DNA of 64,000 bases, from positions 48,174,001 to 48,238,000 of the forward strand of contig NC_043005.1 in assembly GCF_006345805.1 (NCBI RefSeq), given 5' to 3'. Below, piece after piece: positions 1-12,327 of this stretch. Below the pieces are notes generated by a model that worked only from the letters and a program-made list of their open reading frames with translations, was not told the origin of the DNA and ran no database searches. Numbering within the stretch: position 1 is the first letter of the stretch; every line of letters starts with the position of its first letter. The position numbers were made by a program, and so were the translations under genes. This DNA is from Octopus sinensis. Taxonomy: Eukaryota.

Positions 1-71
1 CAAGTAAACTGTTCTGCTGATCGGATCAAGTGGAACTTTTGTCATCATAAGCAATGGAGTGCCAGGTTTTT

Positions 72-134
72 GCATATATATGTGTGTATGTGTGTGTGTA
101 TATACACATACATACATATATATACGTATATAAC

Positions 135-168
<34 letters not shown>

Positions 169-201
169 GCATATATACGTATATATATGTATGTATATAT
201 A

Positions 202-243
<42 letters not shown>

Positions 244-558
244 TATATATATATGTGTATATATATATATATAATATATACACACACACCACATATAATA
301 TATATATATATATATATACATATATATACATACATATATATACGTATATATGCATTTATATATATATATATCATCATCATCATCATCATCATTTAGCGTC
401 CGTTTTCCATGCTAGCATGGGTTGGACGGTTCAACTGGGGTCTGGGGAGCCCGAAGGCTGCACCAGGCCAGTCAGATCTGGCAGTGTTTCTACAGCTGCC
501 AGATCTGACTATATATATATATATGTATATATATATATGTATATTATATATGTATATA

Positions 559-590
<32 letters not shown>

Positions 591-620
591 ATATATACAT
601 ATATATATATATATATATAT
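72..620. repeat. Imperfect (TA)n/(CA)n microsatellite tract
   Basis: Directly visible; it generates the spurious YI-repeat ORFs. Confidence 0.95.
371..495 (-). mobile_element. 3' tail of an RTE-type LINE/SINE ending in (GAT)n
   Basis: Minus strand ends catgctagcatggaaaacggacgctaaatgatgatg; the same tail recurs near 15530, 16470 and 18760. The RTE assignment is from recalled similarity. Confidence 0.65.
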
Positions 621-783
621 GGTAAACAGTAAATTAAATACAGACTGGACAAGAACATGAAACACACAGAGACGACACAAGAACCACAGGACGGGACATT
701 CGAAGCCTCAGTCATCAGTCAAGAACCAGATCATCTTAGCAATTTCGGCTGATTAATCTTGAGATTGCTCCGATATGGCCAGA
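621..783 (-). mobile_element. Short (TA)n-embedded element, probable Penelope pseudo-LTR fragment
   Basis: Flanked by (TA)n; homologous to 42018-42130 (+): ctgaWga-Nn-gaggcttcgaatg-N-cccgtcc. Confidence 0.5.
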
Positions 784-813
784 TATATATATAAAAAGCA
801 GACCAGCCACGGA

Positions 814-884
814 TGCCGAAACCCGGGATTGAACCAGGGACCTTTAGATCTTCAGTCTAACGCTCTCCCAACTGAGCTATTTCC

Positions 885-886
<2 letters not shown>
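814..886 (-). tRNA. tRNA-Phe(GAA) pseudogene, first 3 nt replaced
   Basis: Minus strand reads atgGAAATAGCTCAGTTGGGAGAGCGTTAGACTGAAGATCTAAAGGTCCCTGGTTCAATCCCGGGTTTCGGCA; the canonical 5' GCC is missing. A T5 run lies downstream at 793-797. Confidence 0.9.
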
Positions 887-927
<41 letters not shown>

Positions 928-1158
928 AGGTGGCAAGCTGGCAGAACCGTTAGCATGCCAGGCGAAATGCATACCTGTATTTCATCTGCCGTTATGTTCT
1001 GAGTTCAAATTCTTCTGCGGTCAACTTTGCCTTTCATCTTTTTGGGGTCGATAAATTAAGTACCAGTTATGCACTGGGGTCGATGTAATCGACTTAATCC
1101 GTTTGTCTGTCCTTGTTTTGTCCCCTCTATGTTTAGCCCCTTGTGGGTAATAAAGAAA
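928..1158 (+). mobile_element. tRNA-derived SINE family A with Tx1-type tail
   Basis: A/B-box-like head (tggcagaaccgttagc; gagttcaaat), central gcctttcatc...ggtcgataaattaagtaccag, tail tctatgtttagccccttgtgggtaataaagaaa. Confidence 0.85.
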
Positions 1159-1522
1159 CATATATGTATATATATATACACACACATATATATATATGTA
1201 TGTATGTTTGTATGTGTGTATGTGTATGTGCACGCATCTTTTAACTTTACTTTTTAAGTTATTGAAAAGTTTAGTCAAACAAATTGACTACAGTATGTAT
1301 TTTATTTTAAGCTTGGTACTTATTTTAACAGTCCCATTTTTGCTGTTGCGCTAAGTTACAAGGACGTAAACAAACCAACAGCAATTACCAAGTAGTAGTG
1401 GGAGACAAACGCAAACACACAGACATGTGCATGGAGCCAAATCAAATTGTTTAAACGAATAATATATGTGACCCCTACTAAATGTGTTGAGCACCTTATT
1501 TCATTTGTCCACTCAACCATTT

Positions 1523-2435
1523 AGGTGCAGGCATGTCTGTATAGTAAGAAGGTTGCTTTCCAGCCACATGGTTCTGGGTTCAGTTCCTCTCCATGGAATC
1601 TTGGACAAGTGTCTTGAACTATAGCCATGGGCCAACCAAAGCCTTACGAGTGGATTTGATAGACAGAAACTGAAAGAAGCCTAACGTATGTATGTATATA
1701 TATATACATACATACGTTAAGCTTCTTTCAGTTTTTTCCTTCGTTCTGGCTTAACAGCCCTCAATGTTCATGTTACTGTTATTCTCCTTGTCCTGTCTTT
1801 TACTGTTTAAATTTTGTATTGTTTTTACTGTCCTGTTTTTGTTACCATTTTTATCCCTCCACAAAAAAATCTCAAATCTTATTTAATTTGCTTTTGCGGG
1901 AAGGACTGTTTCAATTAAGTCGTGTCTCGCCTTTACCTTCGAAACGCGGAGTAGATGAAACAGAGACGGCTGAAGAAGGGGAATGTTCCTTCTGTTGTAT
2001 GTCTTGTACTCCTTTTTTTTCGTTGTTTAATAAAAATGTCCATTTCCTTGGTTCTGTGTTTATGTTTCCGTTTCTCATTGAGTTCGACGTTTTTTTTTTG
2101 GTGTCCTGTACCCATATATGCATGTTTATATACATATAGATGTAGGTACGTACATATATGTATGTATATATGCATATGTTTTATTTATTATTTTGTTATT
2201 ATATATATATGTGTGTGTGTGTGTTTATGTATGTGCATGTTTTTGTATTTGTGTTGACAAGTGGTGTCGATGTATTTAAGCCCCTGTAACTTAGCAGTTC
2301 AGCATAAACGCCAATAGAAAACGTATTCGGCTTTAAAAAACTCCTGGAGTCGATCTGTTCATCTAAAATCCTTCAAGGCTGTGCTCTGGCATGGCTGCTG
2401 TGAGCAGTCGGATGACTGAAACAAGTAAAAGATAG
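1523..2435 (+). mobile_element. SINE family B (internal microsatellite) interrupted by a ~450 bp insert
   Basis: Head at 1523-1690 and tail at ~2255-2435 match intact copies such as 31853-32270; the insert is homologous to 22900-23205. Confidence 0.7.
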
Positions 2436-2626
2436 AAGATAAGATCTTATATATTTATAAATACATGTATATGTATGTATGTGTTTGTATTACACGCACA
2501 TGCACACTTATTCACGTGCAAATTTCATAAGACTATACAATATGCTACATTTTATCTCCCAAATCCTCAGGCTGTACCATAATTAAATATTGATATGCTA
2601 TTACACTGATGTCATATACATAAATC

Positions 2627-2676
<50 letters not shown>

Positions 2677-3106
2677 CGTCTGATTATATTTGCACTCTAA
2701 GAAACTTGGAGTGTTGTTGCAACTTCTAACAAAAATTCATTCATTTATTTCATGCCTTTGAAAACTTCTGAAATAAAAGATTTCTCACCTGAAAACAGGT
2801 AGGTATTAGTTACAGGAATACTGACGTGACATAGCTATGCCGACGTAGAAAACAGATATAAACTACAAGTTACCTCTGTGTGCGTGTGTGTTTGCCTGTA
2901 TACATATATACAAAGGTAAGCAACTTTGTGTTTATATCTCGTTTGTACGTCTGTATAGCTTAGCCAATGCTGTTTCTGTAACTAATACTTATCTGTTTTT
3001 CAGACGAGGAGTCTTTTATTTCACAAGTTTTCAAAGTCATGAAGTGAATGAATTTTTGTTCGAAATGGTAATAACACGGTAAAGACGTTATGCATGAACT
3101 TATGCA

Positions 3107-3350
3107 TACGTGGTCTGATCAATAAGTATCAAGAATATTGCTATAGTAACGAAGTTAAAGCATGCAGTATAAAGCTCGGCACTGATTGACCTCGAACTCT
3201 GCAGTGCATGCGCACTAAGGCTTAACGTTCTAGCTCACTCCCGCTGTTTGCAGCAATGCTCAGAAGGAAGATGTGTAGCGTGTAATCGTCGTGCTGACCA
3301 TGACAGAGAAAGTTGAACAGAGAATCTGCATTAAATTTTGCCAAAAGCTT
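3107..3350 (+). mobile_element. mariner transposon 5' fragment
   Basis: TIR-like tacgtggtctgatcaataagtatc; ATG at 3300 gives MTEKVEQRICIKFCQKL, a typical mariner transposase N-terminus, then truncated. Confidence 0.8.
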
Positions 3351-3607
3351 AAACAAGCACATTGTTTCAGTGTTAAACCTTGCCTAAACCTAAAAATGAA
3401 ATTCTGTAATTCATGATATTCTAGTTCTAAGTGGTTACTATTTGTCTAGTAGATGCAGGGGAGATATATCTTTAATTATATCATTATGTTTAGTATGTTT
3501 GGATAGAAGAAAGGGTTTCAAATGATGAGAGTTTCACAATAGTATTATGTTTGGAATTAAGTAAAGAACGTTGGTCAACCTTAATAGTTTCGTAGCAAGT
3601 ATATGTG

Positions 3608-3839
3608 TTTCTTTATTGCCCACGAGGGGCTAAACATAGAGGGGACAAACAAGGACAGACAAATGGATTAAGTCGATTACATCGACCCCAGTGCGTATCT
3701 GGTACTTAATTTATCGACCCCGAAAGGATGAAAGGCAAAGTGGACCTCGGCGGAATTTGAACTCAGAACGCAACGACAGACGCAATACCGCTAAGCATTT
3801 CGCCCGGTGTGCTAACGTTTCTGCCAGCTCGCCGCCTTA
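3608..3839 (-). mobile_element. SINE family A, full length, Tx1-type tail
   Basis: 20-bp TSD tttcgtagcaagtatatgtg at 3588-3607 and 3840-3859. Confidence 0.92.
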
Positions 3840-4686
3840 TTTCGTAGCAAGTATATGTGCACAGTTTGCCTGTCTACCTTTAAATACCCCAATATCGGCC
3901 CATAACGCCATGTTTTCTACAAGTGGTCACATGACATGGTCACGTGATGGTTAAGTCCTTCAAGCTTTACACGGGTTAGGTCATCCCATAACGTGAAGGA
4001 GCAGCCAAGCGCAGGAAAACTATGTTAGTTCGCTGGAGCCTACCATCAGCTTCAAAAGAGGAACCTTTTCCGTTTTTCTTCAGTGAGATGAGATGCATGG
4101 TCGAGTTCAAATTTCGGCGTAGAGGAGGTTTTTTTTTCGCAGGTAGCCTTTGATGCATACGTCTTTCCTGTCTTCCAGTAGAAGTCACGTCACGTTCTTG
4201 CTTTCCTGTTCTATTCAAGAATGTACTGCGTGAGAAACTAATATGTATATTTTCTGACGCTATCATTCAAGATGAATTACAACAACTTTGCCGTGTTAAT
4301 GCTCTTTAATGGGTTGAATAAATCGTCGCATTTAATCTTACCTCGTTTTCTCGTTCTTCCTTTATCTGCATACACACATATATTGGAACTCAAGCCAGCT
4401 TAATTCTTCAACTAACTCACCTCGTTAAAGTCTCTAAAAAATCGCACGAACGTAAATGGTAGATCGTTTTCAAACCACGTTGATAAGAATTTAACGATTT
4501 CAATATGGGCCATTCCAAGTAATAGCGAATGTTTTAGGCTTTCAAATTGAAGATATATTCACCAATTGAAGTGGGGGTACTTTTAGTAAATGCCTAGAAA
4601 ACTAACGGCAATAAGTGTAATATCTTCCTTTGAATTTGGAAGTGAAACCAATATAGAATTTGAAAAATATATGTATATGTATGGAA

Positions 4687-5042
4687 ACAGGCGTGGCTGT
4701 GTGGTAAGAAGTTTGCTTCCGGGTTCAGTACCACTGCGCGGTACCTTGGTCAAGTGTATTCTACTCGAGCCGACCAAAGCCTCGTGAGTGGATTTGGTAG
4801 ACGGTAAGTGAAAGGAGCCCGTCGTATATATCTGTGTGAGTGTGTCTTTGTGTTTTTGTTTGTCCCCCACCACCGCTTGGCAACCGGTGTTGGTCTGTTT
4901 ACATCCCCGTAGCTTAAAAGTGACCGACAGAATATGTACTAGGCTTTAAAAAAGTTCTGGGATCTATTTGTTCAATTAAAAACCTTTCAAAGTGGTGCTC
5001 CAGCAGGGCCGCAGTCTAATGACTGAAACATACAAAAGATGA
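4687..5042 (+). mobile_element. SINE family B
   Basis: Head ggcgtggctgtgtggtaag; tail ggtgctccagcagggccgcagtctaatgactgaaac. Confidence 0.85.
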
Positions 5043-5639
5043 TAGATTAACAGTAGATTCATAAACTACATTATTACGTTTTCATTAATTATTGGGTTAA
5101 CAATTTTCTTTCACTCTACAATTACGCTTTTTATCAGGTCTTAGCAAAGAATTCCTAGCGACAGGTAGAAAATTACTGGCAATGATATTAGAAGAAATTT
5201 CATAATTACAATCCTTGTGAAGGCAGCGAGATGGCAGAGTCCTAGGCACGCTAGACGAAATGCTTAGAGGTATTTCGTCCGTTGTTACGTTCTGAATTCA
5301 AATTCCGCCGAAGTCGACTTTGCCTTTCATCCTTTTGGGGTCGAAACACTGGAGCCGATGTAATCGACTAGTCCCCACCAACTCCAAATTTTAGGCCTTG
5401 TGCCTTTAGTAGTAAGGATTATTACCATCCTCTTTTTCACCCTCCCTAATTTACAACCAATACAAGAATCATACATACTGCCCTTATCATTTTGATAGTT
5501 TTAGTGCTATTATCAATATTGTTAATATTATCATTAGTACAACTATTAATACAATCTTTATCATTAGCATTATTGTTGGTGTTATTATTGCTATTGTTTA
5601 TGGCATTATTATTATTATTATTATTAGTTTTATTATTAA

Positions 5640-6043
5640 AGCGACGAGTTGGCAGAATCGTTATCCTGCCAGGCGGGCGAAATGCTTAGCGGTATTTCGT
5701 CTGCCGTTACGTTCTGAGTTCAAATTCCACCGAGGTCGACTTTGCCTTTCATCCTTTCGGGGTCGATAAATTAAGTACCAGTTACGCACTGGGGTCGATG
5801 TAATCGACTTAATCCATTTGTCTGTCCTTGTTTGTCCCCTCTATGTTTAGCCCATTGTGGGTAATAAAGAAACAGGTATTTTCTGCCTTTATGTTCTGAG
5901 TTCAAATTCCGCCGAGGTCGACTTTGCCTTTCATCCTTCCGGAGTAGATAAAATTAGTGCCAGTTACACACCGGGGTCGATGTAGTCGACTTAATCCCTT
6001 CCCCCAAATTTGAGGCCTTGTGCTTCTAGTAGAAAAGATTATT
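5640..6043 (+). mobile_element. Nested SINE A dimer
   Basis: The first unit ends aataaagaaac, then ggtattttctgcc resumes a second SINE body that has the alternative tail ggccttgtgc...agtagaaaagattatt. Confidence 0.85.
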
Positions 6044-6979
6044 ATTATTATTACTTTCATTATCCATGTCACGACTCATACTTTTATAAGAGTTGCGATA
6101 AGGATCTATACTTTTACAAGTAATTTATTTTGAGGGACAAGTATTATTAAATCTATAATTTTTATACTTCTTTAATTTAGATCGATTATTGGCTGTTATA
6201 ATAATTACTAAATTAGACATAGTAGAATTAGAAAGTTTAACAGTAGACTTATTGAATATTTGATAGTACTTATGTTGAGGTGCAAAATTGTGCGCAATTT
6301 TCATTTTGACATATCTTGCAAGTGGAACGTTTTACCGCGTAATATTCCGTTTTCTGTTTCATCCATTCAGTGATAGGTTATTATGATGAATGATGGAAGA
6401 GTTATTCCTTACCTTAGTAAATGAATAAACAGAGAAGTGTTTATTATAGAATATGGAGACTGGGAAATATTGCTTGCTACTATCAGTATTTGAAATTTGA
6501 CAGTGATTTTTAAAACTTTAAAATCTTGAATTACTAGAAGCTAGCAAAGAATCATATTTCTTCAATAGTAACAATGGTTTTAAAGTTTTCTATAGTATGT
6601 GGTACTCTGATTGTGATTTACAGAAATATAGTTCTTACTTATAGTGGGACTGATAGGTCTTGACAAGGAGAGTTTAGTATAATTTTTATATTTAGATGGT
6701 GAAAGATTATATTTATCTTTGCTATTTGACAAAATAAAACAAAAACTATAACTACCCCACTTTCATTAGACAGCTTGTGACCATTTACATTTATAATATG
6801 CTTTTTTAATTTTGGCACGGGGCCAATATTTTAACGGGAAGGATTTGATTACATCAACCTCAGTGCTCAACTGGTATTATTTTATTGACCCTGAAAGAAT
6901 GAAATGCAAAGACAACAGAATTTGAAATCAGAAAGTAAAGAAAGACTAATGCTGTTAAACATTTTGTCTGACATACTGA

Positions 6980-7125
6980 CGATTTACATTATTTATATTT
7001 GACGGATATTTGTCTTCATCTTGTTTGTTGTTAACACAACGTTCCAGCTGATATATCTTCCAGCCTTCAAGTGTCTTGGGAAAATTTCGAACATGGGTTC
7101 TCATTCCTAAGGTATTTTTCAATGT
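6980..7125 (-). mobile_element. (ATT)n-associated short element with decayed hammerhead core
   Basis: Inverted homolog of 8262-8440. Confidence 0.65.
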
Positions 7126-7162
7126 TATTATTATTATTGTTATTATTATTATTATATTTATT

Positions 7163-7548
7163 ACTAGCAGTATCACCCGGCGTTGCTCGGGTTTGTAAGG
7201 GAAATAACTATATAAGCATTTTTAGAGATGTAAAGTATAATAGCCATCTCAATATGGCTAACCACAAGGGGGTGGGGGTTACTGTAGCTTTTTACGTACT
7301 GAGATTTAATAATAAATTTTTAGAGAGTTACTTCCCTTATATATGCATTAAAAATGAGAAAAATTGATGGTAAATTTTTTTTAAATCGTAGACTAAACGT
7401 AGACGCGCGCTAATACCCAGAAGGGCTCGATATGAATCACGACTATAAGATACCCGGTTTTGGTTAAACTGCACCGCAAAATGTGGGAGTAGTTAGGAAT
7501 CTAAATCGTAGAAGACAGACAGCACACAACCTCTCTTTTATATATAAA
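7163..7548 (+). mobile_element. Non-autonomous Helitron/Helentron-like (DINE-1/HINE-type) element
   Basis: 5' actagcagtatcacccggcgttgctcgggt hairpin; 3' acagacag...cttttatatata; inserted in an AT/ATT context. Confidence 0.7.
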
Positions 7549-7549
7549 A

Positions 7550-7654
7550 ATTGTTATCATTATTATTATTATTTTTATTATTATTATTATTATTATATTA
7601 TTATTATTATATTTATTATTATTATTATTATTATATTTATTATTATTATTATTA

Positions 7655-7685
<31 letters not shown>

Positions 7686-7686
7686 G

Positions 7687-7718
<32 letters not shown>

Positions 7719-8235
7719 CATTATTATCATTATTATTATTATTATCATCATCATCATCATCATTATTATCATCATCACCATCATCATTATTATCATTATC
7801 ATTATTATTATCATTATTATTATTATTATTATTATTATTCAGTAGTTTTATTTTTATAGCGTGCTTTCACTTCACTACCGAGCGCAGCTCTGTGTGCCTT
7901 GGGTATGTGCTGTGATTTGTTGTGATGCTCTGATGGTTATTGTATGGAAAGTGTTCTGCGTAGGATGTGTGCAGTGCCTAGCAGTACAATTTTCTGTATG
8001 TTATATGTGTTTGTAAGTCCTGGTGCTTTTGTTATGTATTTGTCTGAATATTTTTTTATCATGCCTAATGCACCTACTATGATAGGAATTGTTTCTGTTT
8101 TCATATTATTATTATCATTATTATTATTATCATTATAATTATTTTTATCATTATTATTATCATTATCACTATTATTATCATTATTATTATCATTATTATT
8201 ATTATTATTTTATTATTATTATTATTATTATTATT
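7550..8235. repeat. (ATT)n/(ATC)n microsatellite block
   Basis: Directly visible. Confidence 0.95.
7838..8102 (-). mobile_element. R4/Dong-type LINE 3' fragment within (TAA)n
   Basis: Translates KTETIPIIVGALGMIKKYSDKYITKAPGLTNTYNIQKIVLLGTAHILRRTLSIQ*, a REL-type LINE C-terminus, flanked by (TAA)n on both sides. Confidence 0.85.
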
Positions 8236-8261
8236 CAGGTCACTGCATGAATAATAATAAC

Positions 8262-8440
8262 AACAATAATAATAACATCGAAACATACCTTAGGAATGAG
8301 AACCCAGGTTCAAAATTTCCCCAAGACACCTGATGAAGGCGAAACGGTGTGTTAATAACAAACAAGGTGAGGACAAATATCCGTCAAATGTAAATAATAT
8401 AAATAATGTACATAATTCCTCATCTCTTAAATATAGAACT
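8262..8440 (+). mobile_element. Short element with hammerhead core (stem II deleted)
   Basis: gacac-CTGATGA-aggc-GAAAC-ggt-gtgtt at 8325-8353. Confidence 0.65.
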
Positions 8441-8630
8441 GTAAGCTGACGATTGTGAGCTTGCCTGCTTACTTAGAAATTTCATATTAATTACAATAAT
8501 ATTTAATACAGAATCTTATTGCTGTCACTTTTAAGTTTTATCACGATTTACTTCAATTTTTTTTCACTCTTGTAGGATGGTAGACTCCATGTCAACCAAA
8601 GTACGTGGAAAGATATGTGTAATGTGTGTT

Positions 8631-9095
8631 CATATACTTAGTATTCATGTGTCTGTTAGCATATGTGTAATTAATTAATGTTAGGATTGTGTAATCAACT
8701 AATTAATTTTACCTAATCAGAAAACAGGATTTGGAAGCTAGCATTTTCTGCATGATAGCTGTATATCACAAAATGAAAGCAATATCATAAGGAGGATGAA
8801 TTTTTATTAAACAATCGAAAGCAAGGCATTATGACAACCAAAATTGTAAAATCTTCTGAAGTTTTGATAAGTTTTAATGAATAAAATCATGTGAAACAGT
8901 TAGACAAACATGTAAATAATTTTAATAGGGGCGGGGTCCTCAACAACGTTTTTTCTGCAAAAAATTGCACAAATCTGTCCTGACCAAGAGGCCTATCTGT
9001 CAGGGAAGGCATGGTCTGACATGGAATAAACAAAAATTTATTTAAGATATTCTATTTCGAAAATTACCCAGCAACCATGGGCTATTCAGCTAATA
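8631..9095 (-). mobile_element. Possible second HINE-type element
   Basis: Minus-strand start attagctgaatagcccatggttgctgggtaat resembles the 7163 terminus. Confidence 0.4.
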
Positions 9096-9124
9096 TTCAT
9101 ATATATATATATGTGTGTGTGTGT

Positions 9125-9161
<37 letters not shown>

Positions 9162-9554
9162 TTAAGTGTGTGTCTTTGTTGTCTGTGTTTGTCCCCTCCC
9201 CCTCCATCACTTGACAATTGATGTTGGAGTTTTTACATTCCTGAAACTTAGCAGTTTGACAAAAGAGACCTACAGAATAAGTACTAGGCTTACAAAGAAT
9301 AAGTCCTGGGGTAATTTCTTTGACTAAAAACCCTTTAAGGTGATGCTCCAGCATGGCTGCAGTCAAATGACTGAAACAAATAAAAGAATATATATATATA
9401 TATTTGAAAAAAATTAATAGAAATGGTTTTTCTCATAATTTTTCCACATTAATAATTAGATATTTATAAGTTATGAAGGTATTCAAAAAAGGTGACTCGG
9501 ATAGGAGTTTCTTGGTTAAAAGTGGCTTTGAAACTGATATTATTATCTAGTTTC

Positions 9555-9875
9555 AAGTATTTTTTCTCGCCCTTTTCAAGCCTAGCCAGGCTCATGGTCC
9601 CGGTTTCCCAGTTTCTGTGGTGTATGTGTCCCCCCCACCAGCTGGACGGGCTGCCAATCCATTGCAGCATTACTCAAGAAACAGGAAGAGAGAGTGAGAG
9701 AAAGTTGCAGTGAAAGAGTTCTACAGGGGTTACCATCACCCCCTGCTGGAGCCTCATGGAGCTTTTAGGTGTTTTCACTCAATAAACGCACACAACGCCC
9801 GGTCTGGGAATCGAAACCGCAATCCTCCGACTGCAAGTTCGCTGCCCTAACCACTGGGCCATTGCACCTCCACAG
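9555..9875 (-). mobile_element. tRNA-derived SINE (third family)
   Basis: Head ggaggtgcaatggcccagtggttaggg...ggtttcgattccc has A and B boxes. Confidence 0.75.
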
Positions 9876-11111
9876 TTTCAAGTATAATTGATTAAAATTA
9901 CATTTAATATCAGAGTTCTGATTATTAAAACATCTTAAAATTGATGGACTATTTGTTTTGTTAATATTGGTTTCACATTTTGGCACAAGGCCAGCAATTT
10001 CTGGGAATGGCATAAGACAATTACATCACTCCAAAAAACCTTGGCAAAATTTGAACTCAAAATGTAAAGATGGGATGAAATAACACTAAACATTTTGTCC
10101 GACATGCTAATGATCCTGTCAACTCAGCATAATTAAATTACTTATATTAACTAAAGAAAGAAGTTATCAAATTTTTTATTTTCTTATTTTGATTAGATTT
10201 TCCGATAACAGAATGCTGATAAAAGATTACATTTCATATAGAATGGTTTCTAAAATCGTAAAATTATTCATAACTAGTTACTGAAGGTAACATTACCATC
10301 TACAAGAAATTTAGTAGAAAATTTAAAATACAACTTTAAAAGAAATATTATTAGCAACGGCAACAGTATTAATAGCAAATTTATCTCTACTTAAAAGTGG
10401 ATATTGTGTTAAAACACAAAATACTGCAAATGTTACCATGAGAGAAACTTTCATAATGGCTTTCAGTGTGTATAAGCACTCATGCTTATATTGCTAGAGG
10501 GAAGATAATTTACCTACCATTGCCACCTCTGATACTACCAGATAAAGAGAGATCCCTGGACACTGGAGATGGGATATCTCTGCTAGTAATACATAGAATC
10601 TCATTGTCTAAGGAGGTACTGGTGTCTCAAATAACCAGTGGGCTTATTAAAAAAATAATTAATAGTGACACAAGCAGTATAAATACCAAAAGGTATTAGT
10701 TATTCCCACTTAAGTTATGTTAGAACACAAAATACTACAATGAGAGAAACTCTCATATGGACATGTGGCACAAATAGACACCCTCATAACTTAAAAAAAA
10801 TTTTCATGAAGAATCTCATCAAATAAGGCCATTTCTTTTATCGTTTATCTTTTACTTGTTTCAGTCATATAACTGTGGCCATGCTGGGGCACCACCTCAA
10901 AGGGTTTTTAGTCAAATAAATCAACTCCAAGTGCTATATTTGTTATTTCAAGTCTATTACTCTATTGGTCTCTTTTGCTGAACCATGAAGGTACAGAGCC
11001 ATAAACAAACCAACACACTGATTGTTAAGAAGTGATGGGGGACAAACAAACACAAAGACACACATACATAGATATATGCATGCATACATAGACGTGTATA
11101 TATATACATAC

Positions 11112-11515
<404 letters not shown>

Positions 11516-11518
11516 TAG

Positions 11519-11549
<31 letters not shown>

Positions 11550-11814
11550 GATAGATAGATTCTTTCCGGTATATAAATTTATCAAAAGGATGTTTTATAA
11601 TATATATGTATGTGTGTCTTTGTATTTGTCCCCCATCACCTCTTGACAACTTGTGTTCGTTTGTTTATGTCCCTGTAACTCAGTGATTTCACAAAATACA
11701 CCGATAGAGTAAGTACCAATCTTCAAAAAAGAAAATGGCTGGAGTCAATTTATTCAACTAGACACTTCAAGGAGTTGCTCCATCATATTATACAGTAAGT
11801 TAATTTAATATTAA

Positions 11815-12327
11815 AATATTCTTTTCTACTTTAGGCACAAGGCCAGAAATTTTGGGGGAGGGAGCCAGTCGATTAGATCGACCCCAGTATGCAACTGGTA
11901 CTTAATTTATCAACCCCGAAAGGATGAAAGACAAATTCAACCTCGGTGGAATTTGAATTCAAAATGTAAAGACAGACGAAATTAATATTCTTTTCTACTC
12001 TAGGCACAAGGCCTGAAATTTTTTGTGGGGAAGAGGCCAGTCGATTAGATCGACCCCAGTATGCAACTGGTACTTAATTTATCAACCCCGAAAGGATGAA
12101 AGACAAATTCAACCTCGGTGGAATTTGAACTCAAAATGTAAAGACAGACGAAATTAATATTCTTTTCTACTCTAGGCACAAGGCCTGAAATTTTTTGTGG
12201 GGAAGAGGCCAGTCGATTAGATCGACCCCAGTACACAACTGGTACTTAATTTATCAACCACAAAAGGATGAAAGGCAAAGTCAACCTGGGCAGAATTTGA
12301 ACTCAGAACGTAAATACAGATGAAATC
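11815..12327 (-). repeat. Head-less SINE A trimer (~174-bp units)
   Basis: Three near-identical units, each starting at atttcRtctg on the minus strand; flanked by aatattaaaatatt on both sides. Confidence 0.88.

Noticed and set aside
54-632. Long YI/IY, poly-I/Y and HT/CV ORFs here and at 7483-7859, 12872-13343 and 56624-59023
   Set aside because: Stop-free translations of microsatellites.
3691-3954. Recurrent YLIYRPRKDERQS peptides in many ORFs
   Set aside because: Translation of the SINE A central domain, not a protein family.
10408-10757. Imperfect ~45-bp direct repeats flanking ~260 bp
   Set aside because: No clear TG...CA ends, TSD or second copy to support an LTR call.
11815-12327. 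Regular repeat units as a CRISPR-like array
   Set aside because: Eukaryotic context; the units are SINE bodies with no unique spacers.
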